Positions 57,203-64,000 of a stretch of DNA of 64,000 nucleotides are shown one piece after another. The position numbers and the translations under genes were made by a program. The stretch's first letter is position 1, and every line of letters starts with the position of its first letter. Source of the stretch: Antedon mediterranea (Eukaryota > Animalia > Echinodermata); the NCBI RefSeq assembly GCF_964355755.1, contig NC_092672.1, positions 25,240,437 through 25,304,436 of the forward strand, given 5' to 3'. Below the pieces are notes generated by a model. The model did not search any database, had not been told where the DNA came from, and saw nothing but the letters and a program-made list of their open reading frames with translations.

Positions 57203-57697
57203 TGCACCTTCTTTTTCCTCTTTTACTTTGCGACGACGTTTATATCCGAATCTTTTTTCTGCTGTACGTCTGGCGCTGCGCTCGTCACTACAGAACACGG
57301 CCACTGTACCTTTTCGTTGACCAGTCTCCACGAGAGAAACTTCAACGCATTTAGTGTGATCGGCGCGTCTGTAGCTGAGTGACAGACAGTTTAGATGCTG
57401 TGAGAATGGACTGCGTAAAAACGGTTTATTCGTGATCTCTATAAGAACGGCCACTGCACCTGTTCCTTCTTCGTGTGCGTCTGGATGTGTATTGTCTCGC
57501 CACCAATCTAGAACCGTACCGATGCCTCCCGATGAATGTATTCCAACACCGTTCTTACGTGCTTTCACGTGTTTCCATCGAACCGGCAATCCGATGAGTT
57601 TCCATCGATCTATCACGTCAGGCGTTACATCATATTCTTTGTCAACGACCACCGCTGTCACTTCTGTCACCACGTATCCGACAACGAAACGTTTCAT
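56354..57697 (-). CDS. Capsid maturation protease (assemblin/HK97 prohead protease fold) fused to scaffold
   Basis: GLPVRWKH (His), IGTVLDWW, LNCLSLSY (Ser), VEVSLVETGQRKGT (oxyanion G-x-R-x-G-T); helical C-terminal half ends TVDA|SFAF. Confidence 0.88.
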   Translation of the reverse strand: MKRFVVGYVVTEVTAVVVDKEYDVTPDVIDRWKLIGLPVRWKHVKARKNGVGIHSSGGIGTVLDWWRDNTHPDAHEEGTGAVAVLIEITNKPFLRSPFSQHLNCLSLSYRRADHTKCVEVSLVETGQRKGTVAVFCSDERSARRTAEKRFGYKRRRKVKEEKEGAMSVKKEENLLAELEVVKDMANTLPPEKLDALLSLLKDKEESSVKDKQEIKEEVDLLREQFGDFILRLRETMEGRLGPEYNKQMKDFKAVTDRWDTDPGIDVAASFKAANDLIDDATLNMANKTELGDLLKRRFPKMEDQVNVTNATSLSEILDIHKRLLTKNNENTINVCNDYFKTVEQRIKNNTMNDHGNRKRKHETNEPPEKKLKPTAAAAAAAAATTTDDEFEKRINSLEKLTEMLGKQLLAPPPPPPPPPSQTVDASFAFKDDGFNYWQATHQNYIMR

Positions 57698-58232
57698 ACC
57701 ACAATCGGTTCTTCTTTTTAGTATTTCTCTTCTTCTTATTCTTCTTCTTCTTCTTCTCCTTGCTCTTAATGTAGCGCATCGCTAAGGTGTATCTTTCTGT
57801 TTTCAAATGTGCCAAATCTGTTTTATCATCTTCCTCTATTATAACGTTTTGAACGGTTAACGTTTTCTCTTTCAGATCGACGACAGCTTCCATGTCGAAA
57901 GACATGCACAACAGTTGAACGGTGAACCAGTCTATGTGTTTGACGTCCATAAACACCGCCACGTCATCATCGATCACGACCGATGAACAAAACGGAGCTG
58001 TGCGTTTTGCCACCAATGCTATGCTCGGATGTGTTTTGTTACCAAACGATTGATGATCGTAGGGTATACCCAGCTTTGCTATTGCACAGTCGCATTGACT
58101 TTCACAAGAGAATCGTACCACACCTACAAGACGAGAACAGTCGATGCAACAATGCGTGCCATCTGGACACGATGCAAGTAGAATTCTCAAATCAAGACTC
58201 GATATATTACTTTGCATAACGTTCACTCTCAT
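57642..58232 (-). CDS. Hypothetical protein with a basic C-terminus
   Basis: ATG at 58232, Cys cluster, Lys-rich tail; overlaps the protease start. Confidence 0.6.
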   Translation of the reverse strand: MRVNVMQSNISSLDLRILLASCPDGTHCCIDCSRLVGVVRFSCESQCDCAIAKLGIPYDHQSFGNKTHPSIALVAKRTAPFCSSVVIDDDVAVFMDVKHIDWFTVQLLCMSFDMEAVVDLKEKTLTVQNVIIEEDDKTDLAHLKTERYTLAMRYIKSKEKKKKKNKKKRNTKKKNRLWYETFRCRIRGDRSDSGGR

Positions 58233-58429
58233 CGTTTTTGTTTTTGTTTTTGCAAATTTTCTGAATCTCGTAAATATGAATTCTCTAGTGTACAATAAAA
58301 GTACAACAATTTTAGTGTTGTCAAGACTCGACTTTGCATAACGTTTACCAAGATATTATTATCTCGAAGAAAGAAAATAAAATAAAAATAAAAATCACAA
58401 ACAAACGTTTGACTTTCCTAATAATATAT

Positions 58430-58857
58430 GGGTCGCCTTGTGTCGCAAAAGCTATATTGCTATAATTAGCTTTGAAAGTTGGAATAGTCAATCTAATCAC
58501 GATCTAGAGTAGAAGTGAGTTATGTTAACAGGTTGTGTGCTCAAAATAATCCATTAATCAACATAATTATGCATTTTTAATTGTTGATTTTATATATGAA
58601 GATGATAATAAAATTGAAAGAAATTAAAGTGTAATCTTTATTCGTATTCATTGTTCAAGTGTGTAAAATTTAATGTAGATCCATTAATAAAAACTAATGG
58701 TATCCAAGGAGAATGTGTTGTGGATGGATATTGAATAGAACCACTGAACTTCAAAGGCTGTTTTCTAATTGTTGACAATCTATCGGAAGTAATCTATAAG
58801 ATAAGATAATTTTTAAGATAATCATATCTTAATTGCCTTGAAAGAAATTATAAAGCC
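58430..58857 (+). mobile_element. Internally deleted copy of the 17340-18486 MITE family; further pieces at 37654-37690 and inverted at 43075-43203
   Basis: GGGTCG..TTGTGTCGCAAAAGCTATATTGCTATAATTAGC and AGAGTAGAAGTGAGTTATGTTAACAG are shared. Confidence 0.75.
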
Positions 58858-58921
58858 ATTTATTTCATATTTCTTTTATTTCTAAAACTTAATTCGTGAA
58901 TAAGATTAATGACACAAATAT

Positions 58922-61900
58922 TTAAGATATGATTTTTGGAGTAAACGACGACGGTAGTTGAGCTTCATGATTATCCGATATCTTATTCTCTGTGGCGAGT
59001 TTAGCAATAAACAAATCAACATCTTCGGTGACATCTTCAGACGTGTCCGAGTACCAGTTTACTAGACCGAGCTCGTACGGTTTGTTGTTGGCGTTAGTTC
59101 TCGAGCAATTTATACTCATATCCTTTTGTTTGTACAATTTCTTCACAGAGTCCTTTAATCGATCTAAATCCTGTTGGCACGTTACGGCAACATGATGTCC
59201 AGTTTTTGCATTGAACACGTCGTCATCATAATCGTCAACGTCTCCCTCGAAATTTGCTTGAACAAGTTTCATTCTAATCACGTTCAACGCGTCCGCATTG
59301 TGAATGGTGACACGACACGTGGGACATTCAACTCGGTTGGCTCTCGTGTCTTTGGCACGATTTCGTATCATCTCTCGAATGCAGGACATGTGAAATATGT
59401 GCGCACCGTTCCAATCGACTGTGCTGCATGCTGTAAAGTCTCCTCCGCTTGCAATTGTAGCACAAGGCAAAGCTTCGAGAGAACGACATCCAAATTCGTA
59501 CATGCATATGGCACAGGTTTCACGCTGTAATTCCACAACTTCTTTCGCGTACGACGAGGAGTTATCGTCAGATTCGTTGTATTCCATGGTAATTGATAGC
59601 CGACCGGACGGTGGTATATCTACAATTGCTTGTCTGTCGGATGGTGTTTCGTAGGCATCCGACTCGTTCACCTCGACAACTCTTCGGAAAGGATCGAAAC
59701 GAGAGTACTTTCGTTTCGCATACAGTCTGTTGAGTTGACCGGATTGATTAGAGTTGAAGAATTTGAAGACATCGGCAAATATGGCCACAACAGCTTTTCG
59801 ACGTTCATCTTCTTTGTCGAGTCGTGCAACGTTTTGCAATTGACCAAAGCAGTATTTGAAGGTGGCTCGTTGACCGGCGTCACTGAGTCGAAACTTTGTT
59901 CTTGTAAAATTCACTATATTGTTCATGGCGATGGCGGCGGTGGCTTGATCAAATTGTGAGTGTTTGTCCATGACACCGTCAACGATGTTTTTAATCTCTT
60001 TGAACGCGTCCAGTCTATGCACACGGATTTCGGTCGGTTTCAGGAGCACTAAACTATGAGACTCGTTATCGTCATCATCGTCGTCGTCGTTGCCACGACC
60101 TCTACGCAATTCGCAATAACGATGGTCTTCTTTTTCATCATCATCCTTGTCTTCTTCTTCTTCTTCTTCATCGCTGTTGTTGTGAACGGCATCGGTGGTG
60201 GCTTTCAGTCGTTCTGTAACGTTTCGAATTGCAATCTCACCTTCGGGGTCCAATTGACGACTTGATAATCTAACTGCGTTCAGCATTTGACGTCTGGCGC
60301 TGCTCTGTAATGCCTCGCCGTCGTATGCCAACGTTTTGTTGGTTAAGCTGCTCATGTCCACTCCGTCGTTATTCTCAACCGTATGATTGAAATCGGTCTC
60401 GTTCATTCGCATTAGTTTCACCATCGGATTCTCGTCCACTGTTTTGTTCATGTTCAATATAAAGTTTGTGTCCGTTCTGTTCTCGTCGATTCTTCTTCGA
60501 CTGATGGTTGTAGACGTGGCCATGATTGAGTTGTACCGATCTTCATCAACGATAAATTGTTTGGCCTCTTGCATCGTTTCTAAACGCCATTGTTTCTGAG
60601 CACGGCACGCCTCGTCCAATACTTTCATTTTATTCCACATTTTCAATTCGTTTTCGATGATGTTCAATCGAAACAGATTTTCAATGTGTATCTCACAGAA
60701 TTCTTTTGATCGTTTCACGAAATCCGGATGAATTTCACCGGCTGATAAATCTTCCAGAAAGGGATACTGTGCAAGTACTGCATGTTCGTTCACCAGCTCG
60801 TACCGTCTACTCGTGTCGGACGTGTCAATGTCGGTGGCTAATTTGATGTCGGCCGTCGTGTAAAGGTGTTCACGTTCCATGTGCTTGGTACGATTGTAGT
60901 CGTTTTTGAATCTATGATTGCACTTTCTGAGCCGACAACGCAGACGTAACATGACGAGCAGTTGTGAATCTTCGTCTACGCCGGCTGCAATCACCGTTCG
61001 ACGCTCGGGCGGTTGATCTTCTGCGCAAATTTCTTTCTCGAAAATTTCGGCACCGATTCTTACCAGCCGTGCTGATCTCTGATACCAGTCGTATTCTCTC
61101 AGATATCTCATGATACCACCACCACCACCACCACCACCACCACCGATTCCTAAACGTTTTAGCACCGTTCGAGTCAATGTACTGAATTTCATGTTACCGT
61201 GCCCTTGATCTTCGAGCACCGAGTCTATTGTGGACATGAGGTTGTCGGAAATGAGAACAATGGCCTTTGGTTCGCTCTTGAAAATATGACATTTCATTGT
61301 GCAGCACAACCGCGCCAACATCAACACCGTCATCTGATTCATTCGAGCACTGGCCAGAGGAAACGCTTTGCCGTTCTTGACCATGTACTCGTTGAGCATA
61401 CGCCAGTATTGTTTGGCCATTCGAGTGGACGCGATGGCCACCGATTCAACACGGCCGAAAGCGGCTGCTGAACTGAATTTGTCTAAAGAACTTGGATCGT
61501 GTCCGACGTCCGATAGTTTTCCTCTCAGATTGGCCGCTTTCATCTTTGCTGTCGATCGTAGCGTGTACACGGTGTATCGCTGCTGATGTTCAGATACCAG
61601 TTTGAATAACGTGTCTGCGATTCCAGCACCAATTGGGCGATTTTTCGCCACACTCACCATTTGACTAATTGTGATACAGTCTTTTTCCAGCACGTGATCG
61701 AGTGAACGTATAAATTCGCGCATCGGCATCATTGTCTCCTCTTTAACTTTATCTTCTAGAATTGGCAATTCGGCTCTCTGATCGTTGCCAACTCGGTACA
61801 CTTTCAAATGTTTGTCGCTGATGGATGGATAACACGGTCCGTATCCACCGATAGACGGTCGCGCGACATCACCGTATCGTAATCGTGACGATTTCACGGC

Positions 61901-61951
61901 CAACGGATAGCCCGTCGCCTGTGTGAGATATCTTTTGTGTCCACCTGACAT
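58922..61951 (-). CDS. Large C2H2 zinc finger plus RING-H2 protein (putative E3 ligase), ~1009 aa
   Basis: CRLRKCNHRFKNDYNRTKHMEREH; CAICMYEF...LPC...HIFHMSCIREM...CPTCR; acidic central tract. Confidence 0.85.
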   Translation of the reverse strand: MSGGHKRYLTQATGYPLAVKSSRLRYGDVARPSIGGYGPCYPSISDKHLKVYRVGNDQRAELPILEDKVKEETMMPMREFIRSLDHVLEKDCITISQMVSVAKNRPIGAGIADTLFKLVSEHQQRYTVYTLRSTAKMKAANLRGKLSDVGHDPSSLDKFSSAAAFGRVESVAIASTRMAKQYWRMLNEYMVKNGKAFPLASARMNQMTVLMLARLCCTMKCHIFKSEPKAIVLISDNLMSTIDSVLEDQGHGNMKFSTLTRTVLKRLGIGGGGGGGGGGIMRYLREYDWYQRSARLVRIGAEIFEKEICAEDQPPERRTVIAAGVDEDSQLLVMLRLRCRLRKCNHRFKNDYNRTKHMEREHLYTTADIKLATDIDTSDTSRRYELVNEHAVLAQYPFLEDLSAGEIHPDFVKRSKEFCEIHIENLFRLNIIENELKMWNKMKVLDEACRAQKQWRLETMQEAKQFIVDEDRYNSIMATSTTISRRRIDENRTDTNFILNMNKTVDENPMVKLMRMNETDFNHTVENNDGVDMSSLTNKTLAYDGEALQSSARRQMLNAVRLSSRQLDPEGEIAIRNVTERLKATTDAVHNNSDEEEEEEDKDDDEKEDHRYCELRRGRGNDDDDDDDNESHSLVLLKPTEIRVHRLDAFKEIKNIVDGVMDKHSQFDQATAAIAMNNIVNFTRTKFRLSDAGQRATFKYCFGQLQNVARLDKEDERRKAVVAIFADVFKFFNSNQSGQLNRLYAKRKYSRFDPFRRVVEVNESDAYETPSDRQAIVDIPPSGRLSITMEYNESDDNSSSYAKEVVELQRETCAICMYEFGCRSLEALPCATIASGGDFTACSTVDWNGAHIFHMSCIREMIRNRAKDTRANRVECPTCRVTIHNADALNVIRMKLVQANFEGDVDDYDDDVFNAKTGHHVAVTCQQDLDRLKDSVKKLYKQKDMSINCSRTNANNKPYELGLVNWYSDTSEDVTEDVDLFIAKLATENKISDNHEAQLPSSFTPKIIS

Positions 61952-62009
61952 TTTTTTTTTGTAATGTTTTTGTTTGTTTTTTTTTTTAAAAGACAAATAC
62001 ACTTAAATA

Positions 62010-62756
62010 CTATCGTCGAGTCATGTTTCTGTGCGTTCTTCCTCCTCCTCCTCCTCCTCCTCCTCCTCTTCCGGTAGAACGTCTCTCGTCCGACACGTTA
62101 AGAAGACTCGAGTATTCGTAATCGTTTTCATCATCCATCGCTGTAGAATTTTTTGAATGCACGGTACTGGTGGAGCGCCAATGATGATAAACGCCGTATA
62201 TCATATGGCATACAGACGCTACGACGGTGAGTATGAGTAGAACGCGGTCGGTGGTTGGCGTGAATGAAGAGCTGCAGAAAGGTTCGTTCATGTATTGCGT
62301 TGTCAAGTAACAGTACGGTATACTGTACGCCAAAAGGCCAAGCAATACGGCAGCGATAACTGGTACGGTGTGCAGCACCATGCGTTCCCATACGGCCGGT
62401 TGTTTGTATCTGATCAAATGTTTCTCCAACGTGAAACGAGTCATGAGATAAAGAAAGTTTACGATGATCGTAAACACATCTGCTCCAACGGCGTACAAAA
62501 GTGGACGACTGACAAACACAAAATCAATCTGACCTGGATGTCGTTCAACTCGTTCACTTTCGTTCACAAGAAATATGGCAGAAATCAACACGCCCAACAT
62601 GTAAAACAGTTTCTGAAGATGCAACACAAAATGATCGTGCCATGCTCGTATACCTTTCAGAGAGTATACCTCATGCATGGCATCGGTCAAAACGCTTGGA
62701 ATCTCGGCCAATGTATTTCCAAACGAACGAAGGCTAATTTCGTCTCCGTACCCCAT
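62010..62756 (-). CDS. Four-pass membrane protein
   Basis: Four hydrophobic segments; acidic tail with a YSSL (YxxL) motif. Confidence 0.75.
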   Translation of the reverse strand: MGYGDEISLRSFGNTLAEIPSVLTDAMHEVYSLKGIRAWHDHFVLHLQKLFYMLGVLISAIFLVNESERVERHPGQIDFVFVSRPLLYAVGADVFTIIVNFLYLMTRFTLEKHLIRYKQPAVWERMVLHTVPVIAAVLLGLLAYSIPYCYLTTQYMNEPFCSSSFTPTTDRVLLILTVVASVCHMIYGVYHHWRSTSTVHSKNSTAMDDENDYEYSSLLNVSDERRSTGRGGGGGGGGGRTHRNMTRR

Positions 62757-62919
62757 CGTTTGATCTATTTCTTCTCTATAATTAACATGGAATAAAAAAA
62801 CAAAAACAAAACACTAATGGTTTCCAACAAACGCACGCACGCACACACAAATTCTATTTATTTTTTTTTATTTTTTTTTATTATAAATGTACAACGCATG
62901 AAAAATAAAAGCATAAAGC

Positions 62920-63295
62920 ATGTTAAGTAATCGGCGTGTAAGGATAAGCAGAGGCGCTGGTCGCTCGTATACTGTTGACGGTAAGAAACTGATTTCGGTA
63001 ACAAAACAGATTTGCAACAGACTGTACGTTGACAAACGATGGAAAATAAAGCGAGCGCGTCACATTGGGTCAGCTTCGCTTTCCAGTGAGAATGCCATGG
63101 AAGTCGGTCGTCAGATGGACGCTCAAGTTTGTTGCATGGCCAACGAGGAAGTGAATAAAGAGTTGCAAAAGTTAGACTTGGAGTTTATGAAGGCGCAGTG
63201 TGCTGTCACCAACGCCACCGTAGATAACGATGGTGATGCGTCTGTGGCAATCATAGATCTTGTGATGCAGAATCGTACGAGTGGAGATGCGGTGG
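62920..63295 (+). pseudogene. PD-(D/E)xK-type nuclease N-terminal part, apparently cut at the element boundary
   Basis: RSYTVDGKKLISVTKQI, EVGRQMD, AIIDLVM; composition switches to AT-rich where the (D/E)xK motif is expected. Confidence 0.5.
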
Positions 63296-64000
63296 TAAAA
63301 TGGCATTCAAAAACTTGCATATTTACTGTAATTACGTTTTATGTTTCACATTTAACTGTTTTTTTTTTATGTAGGAGAGCGTATTTACTCTTTTCCAATA
63401 TTTACTGAAGAGTTTTGTAATTCATTTAAAGAAGAAATAGAACATTTTGAAAACACAGATTTACCAAAAGGAAGACCAAATACAATGAACAATTATGGTG
63501 TAAGTGTGGCTACCGTAAATGCCCTGCTTTGCATAAACTAATCAAAAACCCCACCTCATATATTAACTCCCCTACCCCATAGAACATCATTTGGTATAAA
63601 TGCCCCTCATGAACATGACATGACTTCCATGATCTACAATTGACCAAGCATTGTGATTTTTACTGTATTTTATCACTTCTTGATATTGATTTTGTTTTTA
63701 AAAAATGTATTTGATTTCTTTGTTATGTAGAAGGATTGAAAATAAATAAAAATAAAATAAAAGCCACTACTATTAGTAAACCTGCTTAAAATTCTCAAAA
63801 TGTATTTTGTTGTAGGTATTAATGAATGAATTGGGATTTGATGACTACTTCATCACACCTTTACGTCAGAATTACATAACTCCACTTGCTAGGCTCTTGT
63901 ATCCAGACTGTGGTGGAGACTTGTTAGACTCTCACAAAGCTTTTGTTGTAAAGTACAAGATTGGAGAAGATTTGGATCTTAACTATCATTATGATAATGC
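63296..64000. other. Probable host non-coding or repeat DNA
   Basis: AT-rich, no long ORF, (AATAA)n tract at 63740-63762. Confidence 0.5.

Larger units (their letters stand above)
1..63295. mobile_element. Endogenous large dsDNA virus (herpesvirus/mirusvirus-like, Duplodnaviria); left end outside window
   Basis: Compact, abutting or overlapping ORF blocks encode an assemblin-type protease-scaffold, PolB, helicase, TBP-like protein, kinases, CLCC1 and IAP. Host TE fragments interrupt the blocks and AT-rich host-like DNA follows ~63.3 kb. Confidence 0.85.

Noticed and set aside
9994-58857. Baculovirus-like homologous regions (hr origins)
   Set aside because: The fullest copy (17340-18486) has TIRs and a 4-bp TSD, which is better explained as a MITE family.
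56394-62795. Antisense ORFs over the protease, RING and membrane genes (and similar ones elsewhere)
   Set aside because: Shadows of longer motif-bearing ORFs on the opposite strand.

Overview
AT-rich animal-type genomic DNA. From position 1 to about 63.3 kb it carries a large, gene-dense, mostly intact endogenous DNA virus of the herpesvirus/mirusvirus (Duplodnaviria) type. Core evidence: a capsid maturation protease fused to a scaffold (nested TATA/ATG, herpes-like V-D-A|S site), a delta-like family B DNA polymerase that lacks its proofreading carboxylates, a spliced ~1409-aa MCM-like AAA+ helicase, a TBP-like protein, two paralogous kinases and a viral CLCC1 homolog. Host-manipulation genes include an IAP, a CARD-caspase, and ABIN-2/TNIP2-like, F-box/LRR, DWNN, RING-H2, spliced CD225/IFITM-like, EGF-like and inactive AlkB genes. 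Gene blocks are separated by AT-rich spacers holding host MITEs, LINE fragments, tandem duplications, decayed LRR-like sequence and a 7-unit ~1-kb array in which each unit carries a TATA-Inr promoter. No major capsid protein, terminase, portal or integrase is recognisable in this window. All family calls come from motif recognition by eye; no database search was run.
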